The notes beneath the pieces are model-generated. The model did not search any database. It worked only from the letters and a program-made list of their open reading frames with translations, and was not told the origin of the DNA. The translations under genes and the position numbers were made by a program. Source: a plasmid. Taken from it: a DNA stretch of 41,842 bases. Positions 1 to 9,392 of the stretch are shown one piece after another (position 1 is the first letter of the stretch; every line of letters begins with the position of its first letter). The DNA is taken from sequence record NZ_CP114581.1; one strand, 5' to 3'.

Positions 1-412
1 TATTTCGTTTCCAATCATCTTCATTTTCCGCTTTCATTCTTTCGTCGGGATACATTGCGCGCCCCCAACTATACAAATCATAAAACCAGCTACCGTTTAT
101 AGCGCCATCAGGAATGCCACCAAAACTTTTAGATGCTGTTAATGATTGTATTTTATTAAAATCAAAAAAATAGTCTATAGTTTTCTCGATACGGCACAAA
201 TTAGTAATTATATCTTTAATTTCTGTAGGAAAACCCCTAACCATATAATTCTTAAAAAGCTCATCCCATCTCAAAATAGTATTTGAATCCGCCGTGGGTT
301 TATATAGCTCAACTTTACCTAAATTAACATCATTTAACTGATCAATGACATAATTATCCGTTGTCTTATATATAAATGCAATAATGCTATCTGTTATTTT
401 CTTTATCAACAT
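1..412 (-). CDS. hypothetical protein, partial (5' end at 412, 3' end beyond window start)
   Basis: Open frame on the minus strand starts at ATG 412..410 (MLIKKITDSIIAF...) and runs off the window edge with no stop. It lies directly downstream of the SGNH hydrolase gene in the same orientation. Confidence 0.35.
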   Translation of the reverse strand, partial: MLIKKITDSIIAFIYKTTDNYVIDQLNDVNLGKVELYKPTADSNTILRWDELFKNYMVRGFPTEIKDIITNLCRIEKTIDYFFDFNKIQSLTASKSFGGIPDGAINGSWFYDLYSWGRAMYPDERMKAENEDDWKRN

Positions 413-1043
413 TAATTAAGCTCCTTATTACATTATCAGCCCCATTTTCTGTTATATGAATACCATCACTGGTTCTTACTTTAACACCATTAATAAACTC
501 TGAGTATTGATACCCTAAAGATACTCGAGTATCCATCGTTTTTATCTTATTTTTTCTTGCTGCTTCACAGATTGCAATTCGGGTATTTGATAATAAATTA
601 TTTTTTTCTTTATTTTTTAGGGTAGGGGGGAGTAACCAAACAATCTGCCTATTTTGCTTTTTTATGGTTTGGATAAAGACACTAGCCTTTTGTTGGTATT
701 CGGGGATATCTGCCTTAGAAATGAGATCGTTTGTACCTAAAACAATATACACCGTGTCATAAAGCGAAAAATCGATATTCTGTGTGTAATCTTGCCAACT
801 TAAAATCTGTTTTGATTGCAACCCTGTGCTTTCAAGGAATTTAGCATCAACAGGGGCAATTTTTTTGTAACTCATGGCGAGTTCATAAGTCAGTGAATCA
901 CCAATAAAAAGGGGCTTACATTGCCCGATAACAGGCAATGTAAGAGACAGCAGGAGAGGGAGATTAACCCAACGAAGAAGGGTGATTTTCAAAGAGTTTT
1001 TCCGCTTCTTTAATGTCATCTTTAGCATCGCTGGCTTTATCAA
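387..1043 (-). CDS. secreted SGNH/GDSL-family hydrolase
   Basis: 218-aa ORF with an N-terminal signal-like hydrophobic segment. GDSL block I (FIGDSLT), block III (LGTND) and block V (DGIHIT) are present. The 5' end overlaps the 3' end of the H-NS gene in another frame, so the true start may be an internal Met (MLKM or MTLKK). Confidence 0.55.
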   Translation of the reverse strand: MIKPAMLKMTLKKRKNSLKITLLRWVNLPLLLSLTLPVIGQCKPLFIGDSLTYELAMSYKKIAPVDAKFLESTGLQSKQILSWQDYTQNIDFSLYDTVYIVLGTNDLISKADIPEYQQKASVFIQTIKKQNRQIVWLLPPTLKNKEKNNLLSNTRIAICEAARKNKIKTMDTRVSLGYQYSEFINGVKVRTSDGIHITENGADNVIRSLINVDKENNR

Positions 1044-1479
1044 TCAAAAATTCATCGAGAGAATGACCTGCATCAATTAATAGTTGCAATCCTTTCTTCA
1101 TACGACCAATTCCCGTCCATGTGTCTGTTTTACCTGTTTCGGGATGCGTAAAGCGATATTTCGCAGGCGTATTTTTAGACTTTCTTTTCTTTCCTTTTTT
1201 ATCGGTTGTTTCAAAAACGGAAATGTGGATTGTTTCTGGATCTAACCCCAACTCTTCTAAGTATTTAATCGCTTTTAGGCGTTTTTCTTCCAGTTCAGCA
1301 AGTTCAAGTTTGCGTAACTCGAATTCTTCACGCTGTTCTTCTACAATACCATTGAGTTGATTGGCAAGATTTTCTAACCATTCAAAATTTTTCGTTTTTG
1401 CAAACTTTCTTAGCTCTGTTAATCCCGTCAGTGATTCAGACGTAATTTTGTATTTTTCTTCTCTAGTTAATTCGCTCAT
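964..1479 (-). CDS. H-NS family nucleoid-associated protein (plasmid-borne)
   Basis: 171 aa with a coiled-coil charged N-terminus and a C-terminal DNA-binding motif TWTGIGRMKKG, matching the H-NS TWTGQGRTP signature. A good RBS and AT-rich context are present. Confidence 0.7.
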   Translation of the reverse strand: MSELTREEKYKITSESLTGLTELRKFAKTKNFEWLENLANQLNGIVEEQREEFELRKLELAELEEKRLKAIKYLEELGLDPETIHISVFETTDKKGKKRKSKNTPAKYRFTHPETGKTDTWTGIGRMKKGLQLLIDAGHSLDEFLIDKASDAKDDIKEAEKLFENHPSSLG

Positions 1480-1523
1480 GTTTTACCTCAATATAAAAAT
1501 GGTTTTCTGTTAAAAAATAATAG

Positions 1524-3842
1524 TTACTTTTTCTTTTCAGGGAAACCTATCTTCCCTGTTTTCTTATCATCTAAAACAAGTTCAGTATCAAATGTTTTCC
1601 CTGCTTTGGTTTTAAACCCTTTAATAACGGCAGTTTTTCCATCTTTAATGAGTTTTTCCACTTGATTCTGTGTGAGTTTTTTACTGCAAAATTCAGCCCA
1701 TATTTTAAATTCACATCCTGTACAGAAGTATCCTTTTGGTCGAATAATTATTTCGTTACTGCATGACGGACACATGACATTTAAACGTGCTACTGCGCCC
1801 TCATTAGGTTGTTTTTCTGTAACTGGTTGCCCATTTTTATCGGGAAATGCCGTCTTACATTCAGGATAGCATGAACAACCCCAAAAGAAACCATTTTGCC
1901 CCTTACGTTTGATTAAAAACCCCTTTTGACAAACAGGGCAAGGTGTACCGTTAGCTGTGATATTTATTCCGTTAGCGTCGAGTTCGGCAATCAACTCCTT
2001 AATATAGCTGTCTGTTTCTTTAATAAAGTCAGCAACGGTCAGTTCCCCTTTTTTAATTAAGGCTTGTTTTTCAGCCCATCGAGCCGAAATATCGGGCTTG
2101 GTAATTTCATCAGGCAGAGCAGCGCAAAACTCTTGCCCTTGCTTTGTTGTTTTCCAAACAAGCTCTGAATAGCCTTTTTCTTTTTCAATCGAAATTAATC
2201 CCGTATTTTCGGAGAGTTTTTTTAATATCCCTGCGCGAGTCGCTTCTGTGCCAATACTGCCTTGATCAGTGCTCCCCTCGTCTTTAGCTTCAAGTATTTT
2301 TCGAAGTTCAGGATCATCAATAAATTTTGCCGCACGTGTCATAGCGGCAAGGAGTGTTGAAGCAGTAAAATATTTAGGTGGAAGAGTGGGCTTTTTATCC
2401 ACGTTAGCTGTTTCACACACCCCATTATCATTAAATTTTAACGTTGATAAATCAAAGTCGAGTTTTTCTGGCTCTTCTGTTTCTTCTTCGTCGCTGTCTT
2501 TACCTAATGATTCCCATCCTGACTGGACTAATACGCTTTGTGTGGCGGTAAAGGTGTTGCCTTTGATATCAAAATGCACTTTTGTTTTATCTCGAATGCT
2601 ATCGGGATAAAATAAGCCAATAAAGTAAAGTGAAACTAATCGATACACATTTTTCTCTTTCTCATTCAATTGAATATTAGAGCCGTCTTTCGTTGTTGGC
2701 ACAATAGCATGATGCGCTTCAATTTTGCTGGCGTTAAAGGCTTTGTGTTTTTGAACTTTATCCATGTGCTCAACCGTGCTTGCCAATTCTGGCAATGTAC
2801 CGATAACTGCTTGAGCGATATCATTCGCTTGGTAATAGTGCTCGTCAGACAAATAACGATTGTCTGTTCTTGGATAGGTCAATAATTTATGCGTTTCATA
2901 CAGGCTTTGCATAATATCCAGCGTTTCTTGTGGGGCATAGCCAAATCGTTTAGCGCAAATTTGCTGTAGTGTAGATAAATTTAACGGTAAAGGTGGTTTT
3001 GTGTTTTCCGCTTTCGTTGCTGCAATGGTCACTTTTACCGCTTGCCCTGAAACGATTTCAGTAATGTGTTTGGCTTGGGCTTCTGAGATTAAGCGACGCT
3101 TATCATCAATCTGATCGTTATCGGTTGTTTGATATTTCGCCTTAACTTGATGTCCGTTCATCTCAATTAAAGCATAAATATCATAATAGAAACTTTCATT
3201 GTGGTTTTGGTTCGCCAATGTTCGCATATTCACAAGCCCCAAAACTGCACTTTGCACCCGTCCCACGTTTAAAACACCTTGATAGCCTTTTTCACGCCCT
3301 TTTAATGTACAGCCACGAGTAAGGTTATAGCCAAAACTCTGATCGAGCAGAGAACGGGATAACGCACTGTTTGACATACCGCGAAATTTTTCATTCGGTT
3401 GTAAATCGGCTAAGGCTTTTTTAACAGGTGCTAAGTTTAAATCCGATACTAAAATACGCTCTACGGGCTTTTTATTTTTTGCGTAATCTAAAATTTCATT
3501 GACCAGAAGACAGCCTTCCTCGTCTGGGTCGCCAGCATTAACAATGGTTTTTGCTTGGTCAATTAATGACAAAATGATTTTTGTTTGTGCTGCCGTTTCT
3601 TTTTTTATTTTATAGGTTGGTGGGAAAACCGTTTTAATCGGTAAGTCACCAAAACGCCAGCTTGCATATTTCTCATCATAATCTTGGGGGTCGCTCAACT
3701 CGAGCATGTGACCAACACACCACGTCACAACATCGTCACCGTGTTGAAAATACCCTTTTTTCTTTTCCGTGTTTGGATTACCACCTAATCCCTCAAAAAT
3801 GGCTTTTGCTAATGATGGTTTTTCCGCAATAAAGACTCTCAT
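1524..3842 (-). CDS. topB: DNA topoisomerase III (type IA) with C-terminal zinc-ribbon repeats
   Basis: 772 aa. N-terminal Toprim region (MRVFIAEKPSLAKAI) and a type IA catalytic core. C-terminal C4 zinc fingers (CPVCQKG...CSCYPEC; CPSCSNE...CTGC). RBS AGGAGA upstream. Confidence 0.85.
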   Translation of the reverse strand: MRVFIAEKPSLAKAIFEGLGGNPNTEKKKGYFQHGDDVVTWCVGHMLELSDPQDYDEKYASWRFGDLPIKTVFPPTYKIKKETAAQTKIILSLIDQAKTIVNAGDPDEEGCLLVNEILDYAKNKKPVERILVSDLNLAPVKKALADLQPNEKFRGMSNSALSRSLLDQSFGYNLTRGCTLKGREKGYQGVLNVGRVQSAVLGLVNMRTLANQNHNESFYYDIYALIEMNGHQVKAKYQTTDNDQIDDKRRLISEAQAKHITEIVSGQAVKVTIAATKAENTKPPLPLNLSTLQQICAKRFGYAPQETLDIMQSLYETHKLLTYPRTDNRYLSDEHYYQANDIAQAVIGTLPELASTVEHMDKVQKHKAFNASKIEAHHAIVPTTKDGSNIQLNEKEKNVYRLVSLYFIGLFYPDSIRDKTKVHFDIKGNTFTATQSVLVQSGWESLGKDSDEEETEEPEKLDFDLSTLKFNDNGVCETANVDKKPTLPPKYFTASTLLAAMTRAAKFIDDPELRKILEAKDEGSTDQGSIGTEATRAGILKKLSENTGLISIEKEKGYSELVWKTTKQGQEFCAALPDEITKPDISARWAEKQALIKKGELTVADFIKETDSYIKELIAELDANGINITANGTPCPVCQKGFLIKRKGQNGFFWGCSCYPECKTAFPDKNGQPVTEKQPNEGAVARLNVMCPSCSNEIIIRPKGYFCTGCEFKIWAEFCSKKLTQNQVEKLIKDGKTAVIKGFKTKAGKTFDTELVLDDKKTGKIGFPEKKK

Positions 3843-3845
3843 AAT

Positions 3846-5525
3846 TTACTCTCCTAAATTAATTAAATTAACTTTATTTATTTTGCTGTTGACTTGATTT
3901 AATACTTTTTTACTCATTTTTATTATTTCACTTGAAACCGCAGAGTTTGATACTCCCATTACTTGGTCAAATTTGAATATTTTATGGTTTTCGACTTGTG
4001 AAATCCCTAAAGTGGCTCTTTCATCATTATTTATGATAGTGAAAACTCGATATGTTTCATTGGCGCAATCATGAGCGTAGGAATAAACGCAATGATGCAT
4101 TTCTTGACCTTCTTTTTTTAGTTGTTCTAGTGTCGTAATTTCACTTACCGTCATTTCAGAAATGCACGATTGCCAATCAATATCAATACCATTCCATTGA
4201 GGGGAAATTTCTGCATAGTCATAATCGTCATGATTGAGTTCTTCAACCCATTCTTCTGATAATCGATAGATAGAAGCTAAAGACTGATTTTTTTGGATGT
4301 AAAAATCGGTGTTAAACACCCATTCTATAGCATGTGCAAAGCGATTTAGTTCCGTGTTCCAGCGTCTTGTTACCGATTTATAACCAATATTTTTATAAAG
4401 GTCTTGATGATAATCGAGCCATTTTAATGCAATGCGGTAAACCGAAGTATAACCATGTTCAACGCGTAAACCATTCCATACGGTCTCTAAAAAATCAAAA
4501 ATAGCCTTAGTAGGGTATTTTTTAATTTCAGGCTGCCTGAGTAATTTCATGATTATTTTAATTTTATCATTTATACCAAACCGATATCTGTCACGTAGAC
4601 TTATAAATTCAATTAACTGTGCGATTAATGAGGGCTTTAATGTATACATATATTTAAAATCCCCGTAAGAAATTGATTCAGGTAGTTGTAGCTCTTTATA
4701 CAGGTCTTTTATTTTACCTGTTAAAGTATAGTGATAATTAGATTTTTTTTGCTTCCGTAAAAAACCTATCATCAACCAAAGTCCTTTATAATCGACATTA
4801 TCATTGATGCGTATCTGTTTTGAGAATTTATAATAATCCAAAAAATTAGCATCTAATATTGAATTACGTACGAAGGAATTAAAATGTGCTTTTCCGTATA
4901 AAGAAAATACCCCCTTATCAATAACTTTCCATATATTTTTGGATAAACTCATGCTTGCATATTTTTGGGTTTCATTATTAATAAATGCATTTATTCTAGT
5001 CATAATTTTTATGCAAATATCATGACGCATTTTACTCATACTCATACCCGCTAAATAATGAGGATAAAAAAAGGTTTTTTCCTCAAACATTTCACTAGTC
5101 GTATCAAAATCTGGTTGTATATCTTCAAGAAGTATTTTCGTTTCAATCCCTCCATAAAATGATTTATACATATAACATATACCACTGATCGAGTAATTTG
5201 ATTTCACTATTGAGTCAATAACATGGGTTACTGCACTTTGTAACCAATATTGTATATTATATATATTTTCATTTTTCCAAAAACAAGGGATTCGGTTAGG
5301 TAATGATTTTCTAACTCGCCACTCGCCTGACTCTAAGTTTGTAAAAAACCACGTATGCAATGTGACTTTTTGTGTTTTTTTATTAAGCCTAATTTGATAA
5401 ACGCCACAGATAATAATTTTAACAAATGAGTCGTTTTCTTCGACTTTGACTAATCGAAAAACACCGTTCGCTTCACAAAATTTAAATAACTCATGAAGTG
5501 TTAATATTTTATTTTGTTTAATCAT
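3846..5525 (-). CDS. hypothetical 559-aa protein; C-terminal EGQEMHHCVYSYAHDC motif (possibly PcfJ-like)
   Basis: Long AT-rich ORF with an RBS, starting 4 nt after the topB stop. No Walker or other nucleotide-binding motif was seen. The conserved-looking His/Cys cluster near the C-terminus resembles the EGxxMxHCV signature I associate with PcfJ-like conjugative-plasmid proteins. The family assignment is from memory, not verified. Confidence 0.55.
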   Translation of the reverse strand: MIKQNKILTLHELFKFCEANGVFRLVKVEENDSFVKIIICGVYQIRLNKKTQKVTLHTWFFTNLESGEWRVRKSLPNRIPCFWKNENIYNIQYWLQSAVTHVIDSIVKSNYSISGICYMYKSFYGGIETKILLEDIQPDFDTTSEMFEEKTFFYPHYLAGMSMSKMRHDICIKIMTRINAFINNETQKYASMSLSKNIWKVIDKGVFSLYGKAHFNSFVRNSILDANFLDYYKFSKQIRINDNVDYKGLWLMIGFLRKQKKSNYHYTLTGKIKDLYKELQLPESISYGDFKYMYTLKPSLIAQLIEFISLRDRYRFGINDKIKIIMKLLRQPEIKKYPTKAIFDFLETVWNGLRVEHGYTSVYRIALKWLDYHQDLYKNIGYKSVTRRWNTELNRFAHAIEWVFNTDFYIQKNQSLASIYRLSEEWVEELNHDDYDYAEISPQWNGIDIDWQSCISEMTVSEITTLEQLKKEGQEMHHCVYSYAHDCANETYRVFTIINNDERATLGISQVENHKIFKFDQVMGVSNSAVSSEIIKMSKKVLNQVNSKINKVNLINLGE

Positions 5526-5539
5526 TATCCACTCCCATT

Positions 5540-5734
5540 TTATTTATTTATTTTTGCATTGCTTTTCCAAACATAAACCCCACCTCGATACTTAAATACT
5601 TTTTCAATAATCTTATCTTCATCTTCTTTGGAAAGTACATTTCCATTAACGAGGTAATGTAAATCAATATCATCAGGCAAATAATGATTTTGTCTTTTTT
5701 TGCAATAGGTATGAATAGACAATTGTTCATTCAT
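5540..5734 (-). CDS. small hypothetical protein (64 aa)
   Basis: ORF immediately upstream of the 559-aa gene in the same orientation. An alternative overlapping frame (5548..5730) also exists, so which frame is coding is uncertain. Confidence 0.3.
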   Translation of the reverse strand: MNEQLSIHTYCKKRQNHYLPDDIDLHYLVNGNVLSKEDEDKIIEKVFKYRGGVYVWKSNAKINK

Positions 5735-5883
5735 ACCTATATTTTCTTGTAAAATATGAATTAGTCATTCTTCTTTTAGTTGTTTCGATATAAAATCAAA
5801 CAACTCCCGAAATTCCAACTCCATTAATTTGTTTGCTTCTTCGGGGTTATCACCATAGGCGAAAGGATCAAGATCTAAATATT

Positions 5884-6396
5884 TCATTGGTCGCTTCCTT
5901 TGTCATATTCAGGAAAAACAATTTTCAGTGGCATTCCGTTGGTTTCTATCATGTACTGTTTCACTAACCGTCCAACTTGGTCTTTTGACATATATTGTTC
6001 AACGACGAGTTCACCTTCATCAATCCATGAAAACAATTCATCATCAGGATAAAAGGCATTTTTACTTTTCAGTATTTTTTCAGCGTCATCATCGGTATAG
6101 TTGAAATAAACTCTATTTTCCTTTTTGATTTTTCTATTATTAAAATCCAAAAAACGATAAATCGCATACACACAAACAGAAATAATAAATGAAAAATATT
6201 GTACGTTGCCACTCGCAACAAATTGGCTGAATGAAATTTCATCAATCTGAGAACCATCAAAAGTTAGAATGATATACAGCCATATAATAATAATCGGAAT
6301 AGTAATTGCTAAAATGAGTAATAGCTTAATAACAAAAACAGCAAGGCTATAAATTTCCTTAGCAGCACTCCATCCTATTTTTTTTAGTTTCTTCAT
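5884..6396 (-). CDS. membrane protein (170 aa, N-terminal TM helices)
   Basis: Hydrophobic N-terminus (LLLILAITIPIIIIWLYIIL) and an acidic C-terminal domain. Its stop overlaps (ATGA) a possible 39-aa ORF at about 5767..5887. Confidence 0.5.
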   Translation of the reverse strand: MKKLKKIGWSAAKEIYSLAVFVIKLLLILAITIPIIIIWLYIILTFDGSQIDEISFSQFVASGNVQYFSFIISVCVYAIYRFLDFNNRKIKKENRVYFNYTDDDAEKILKSKNAFYPDDELFSWIDEGELVVEQYMSKDQVGRLVKQYMIETNGMPLKIVFPEYDKGSDQ

Positions 6397-6411
6397 AAAG
6401 TCACCCTTTAA

Positions 6412-6555
6412 TTAAAATCGTTTAATTTCTTTTGTTAAATACTGATAACTTATTTTTGTCACATCCGCCAACACAGAAAAACATACATAAAAACAATAAA
6501 TAAAAATGCAAGGTAAAAATAAAATCTTTCCATAAATAGATTTTATCGCATTCAT
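6412..6555 (-). CDS. small hydrophobic peptide (47 aa), not in the ORF track
   Basis: Hand-translated: ATG at 6555 with a GGAGG RBS 7 nt upstream. Product MNAIKSIYGKILFLPCIFIYCFYVCFSVLADVTKISYQYLTKEIKRF. It sits 15 nt upstream of the 170-aa membrane protein gene. Confidence 0.25.
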   Translation of the reverse strand: MNAIKSIYGKILFLPCIFIYCFYVCFSVLADVTKISYQYLTKEIKRF

Positions 6556-6609
6556 AACAACCTCCATTTTTTAATGGGGTACAGCTTTATGCCAATACCC
6601 CTATATAGG

Positions 6610-7158
6610 CTAATCAACCCATCGACCACCTGAATTATTCCAACCTGCCACAGATTCTTTCTTAACCCATTCCATTTTTCCCTGATAATGCAGGCTACTA
6701 TCTAAATCAGTCCATTCATGATTAACGTAAGCACGGCAATAGTTAGGAAGTTCATTTTTTATGCGATAGTACGTTTCATACCAACAATCTTCTTCCTTTC
6801 CCCGACTGCGGCACTTTTGCTCTCTCTTTTCTTCATACAGAAATTTATTAAGATAAGTAGCATCACAACGCCCTGCGCCATTAGCAATGGCATTAACTAA
6901 CTCAGGCATTCCTGCATCACTTGATGCAGGGCAAAGCTGTAAGAAATTTTTTCTTGCATTAACAGTATCAGACCAAAACTTTTTATTAATACCAAAGTAA
7001 CGTGATAATGCAGGAGCGCACTCACTTGGGCGCGTACCTGATGAAAGACACAAGACCGCTTCACAAGCTAACTTGACATCCCCTGTGAATACGGGGACAT
7101 CTGCTTGTGATAATACGGGTAAGAAAAATAAACTTATCGCAACGATTTTACTTTTCAT
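6610..7158 (-). CDS. secreted cysteine-rich protein (182 aa), T4SS-associated
   Basis: Signal peptide MKSKIVAISLFFLPVLSQA and 10 Cys residues. Translationally coupled (11-nt overlap) to the upstream lipoprotein gene, at the distal end of the virB/virD4 operon. Confidence 0.55.
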   Translation of the reverse strand: MKSKIVAISLFFLPVLSQADVPVFTGDVKLACEAVLCLSSGTRPSECAPALSRYFGINKKFWSDTVNARKNFLQLCPASSDAGMPELVNAIANGAGRCDATYLNKFLYEEKREQKCRSRGKEEDCWYETYYRIKNELPNYCRAYVNHEWTDLDSSLHYQGKMEWVKKESVAGWNNSGGRWVD

Positions 7159-7555
7159 TTTGATTTTCCTTAATAAGATAAACTGTTATTGGATTATTTA
7201 ACCAGTTTGATTTTTTTTGATATTGTATTACCCCATTTGCACCGTGAGCCTGTAACCATTCTTTTGTTTTCAAAAATTCAGTGCCATTATTTGCTTCAAC
7301 AATAATTTTATTCGAATGTGCAATGGCAAAATAAACCGCATCATCATAAAGACGATTTTCAGGAATAAAATTATTAATTCGTTTTTGCCATTCATCATTA
7401 ACGACGTCACTACTCACCACGGTATGAATTGGTGTCCATGTCATTATTTTAGCATTTACCGCAACCTCTTTTTTTCCCCAATCCACTTTCGGGGCTTCTG
7501 GCGGAGATGAACATGCCGTTAATAAAACAACACTAAGCCATAATCCTTTTTTCAT
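7148..7555 (-). CDS. lipoprotein (135 aa), T4SS operon-associated
   Basis: Lipobox LLTAC|S after a signal peptide. The start overlaps the virD4 stop (7552..7555). Confidence 0.55.
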   Translation of the reverse strand: MKKGLWLSVVLLTACSSPPEAPKVDWGKKEVAVNAKIMTWTPIHTVVSSDVVNDEWQKRINNFIPENRLYDDAVYFAIAHSNKIIVEANNGTEFLKTKEWLQAHGANGVIQYQKKSNWLNNPITVYLIKENQNEK

Positions 7556-9384
7556 AAAAACACCTCAGATTCTAATTCACCTAATGACAGCATTTTTTCT
7601 TTATCGGGATAACGTAATCCTTTCACCCCAATAACCGTTGATTTTTTATTAATTTTTTTTACTTCATCTTCAAGTTTCGGACTGACCTTTAACAATCTGT
7701 CCATAAAATAATTATCAGAAAAATAAAGCGCTTTTTCTGCTTTAACAGGGTTTTCGCCTTTTAATAAAATAAACTCTTCTTTAAAATCGAGCGTACCTAA
7801 TTCCTGCGGTAAAACTAAAGCACGACGTGCTTCGCTTTCCGATTTACTTTTAGATGAACCACGACCTTGACTTTTGCTTTCTCCTTTTGATTTTGTCGTG
7901 ATATAACCAAGTTTTGCCGAGATTTGTTCAGCATCATCTTGTTCACTGACAGCATAAATAACCCTACAAGGATGGGCGCTTAACAATGTTTTCGCTCCCT
8001 CGATGCCGTAAATCTCATTTAACTGGCTAACATTTTGATAAATGGTTAACAATTTCAAGTTAAATCCTGCGATATAGCCAGAACCCTTTTTAATGATCGG
8101 CATATAACCGATTGACGGAAATTCATCTAACATCAACAAGCATGAATGTTTTAATGATGGGTCAAAATCAGGGTTTTCACGTAATGTCACTTCAACCACA
8201 AAATTAAAAAAGAGATTTAAAAAATCATAGGCAATACCTAAATCCTCCGCATTAATCCCAACATAAATCGTGATTTTTTCGCGTCGTAACTGACGTAAAT
8301 CAAAATCGTTATTATCTGTACATTTACGTACTGTGGGTAAATAAAACAGACTCATTTTTTTTCGAAATGAACCATCGACACTCGAACGCTGTTCATCTTC
8401 GGTTAAATGGTATTCCTGTAGTTTTGTTAGCCCATCTTGTAAATGATAAAGTGTATTTTCATCACGGGCTTTGGCTTCAATTTCTTGCCTGTTGTTAAGG
8501 ACTAATTCCCTATCAATACGCCCGTATAAATCCACGACACTGCCAATAGAAAAAACAGGTTTAACATCAAACGTTTTCAAATATTCAGGGGCATGATGAA
8601 TAAAGAAATATAATAACTTTGTTAATCCCGTAAAATATTGTCCTGCCAAGTTATTAAAGTGTGCCTCTGCCCCTGTTGAGCCATAGGATGGAAATAAAAT
8701 TTCCACTAACTTTAATAAATCTTTTGCGCCACTTTCTTTATCTAATTCGATATAGAAAAAGGGATTAAACCCGTGTGTTTTGCTATTAAACGGGTCAACC
8801 AGATAAACCCGATGCCCTAACAGTTTTTCACGGACTTTACTGGTAATTTTCCAGCACTCTTGTTTAGGATCGAGAATAATCAGCGAATGCAACCACACAA
8901 GCAAATTAGGAATGCCAATAGCTGCTCCTTTACCCGCCCTTGTTCCAGCCCCTAATGACACAAAATCAGGCGCGGTATACCAAAGGTATTTCCCTTTATA
9001 TTTCCCAACTAAAATACCTTTTGAATTTTCCTTTTCCCATTTTAATAGTTTTGATTTTTTTAAATCATTATCACTGGCAAATTTTGCATCTCCGTGAAGT
9101 GACATTTTTTCTTGATTTAATAAATAAATCACCGCCACAGGTAAAATAAAAGATGCCACGAAGCCAATCAGCAAAGCAGGAATAGCCGTTACCCGTATAG
9201 ATGCTTTAATTCGGCTTTCGCTAATCAATTGCCACAATAAATCAGATTGATAATGCTTATAAATATATAAAAAATCATAACCATTTAAAAAATAAACAAT
9301 CACACTTCCTGCGTAATATGTGATACCTAACATAACAATAGCAATAAAAATACTTTGAGGTTTGTCGGGATATTTTCGCGCCAT
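7552..9384 (-). CDS. virD4: type IV coupling protein VirD4/TraG family
   Basis: 610 aa with N-terminal TM segments and Walker A GAGTRAGKGAA. The domain order and overall composition are typical of T4CP. Confidence 0.9.
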   Translation of the reverse strand: MARKYPDKPQSIFIAIVMLGITYYAGSVIVYFLNGYDFLYIYKHYQSDLLWQLISESRIKASIRVTAIPALLIGFVASFILPVAVIYLLNQEKMSLHGDAKFASDNDLKKSKLLKWEKENSKGILVGKYKGKYLWYTAPDFVSLGAGTRAGKGAAIGIPNLLVWLHSLIILDPKQECWKITSKVREKLLGHRVYLVDPFNSKTHGFNPFFYIELDKESGAKDLLKLVEILFPSYGSTGAEAHFNNLAGQYFTGLTKLLYFFIHHAPEYLKTFDVKPVFSIGSVVDLYGRIDRELVLNNRQEIEAKARDENTLYHLQDGLTKLQEYHLTEDEQRSSVDGSFRKKMSLFYLPTVRKCTDNNDFDLRQLRREKITIYVGINAEDLGIAYDFLNLFFNFVVEVTLRENPDFDPSLKHSCLLMLDEFPSIGYMPIIKKGSGYIAGFNLKLLTIYQNVSQLNEIYGIEGAKTLLSAHPCRVIYAVSEQDDAEQISAKLGYITTKSKGESKSQGRGSSKSKSESEARRALVLPQELGTLDFKEEFILLKGENPVKAEKALYFSDNYFMDRLLKVSPKLEDEVKKINKKSTVIGVKGLRYPDKEKMLSLGELESEVFL

Positions 9385-9392
9385 TATTCCTC

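Noticed and set aside
1121-2885. Plus-strand ORFs 1121..1360, 1672..1869, 2269..2610, 2670..2885.
   Set aside because: They are antisense within the hns and topB coding regions, have low-complexity translations and no RBS. Spurious.
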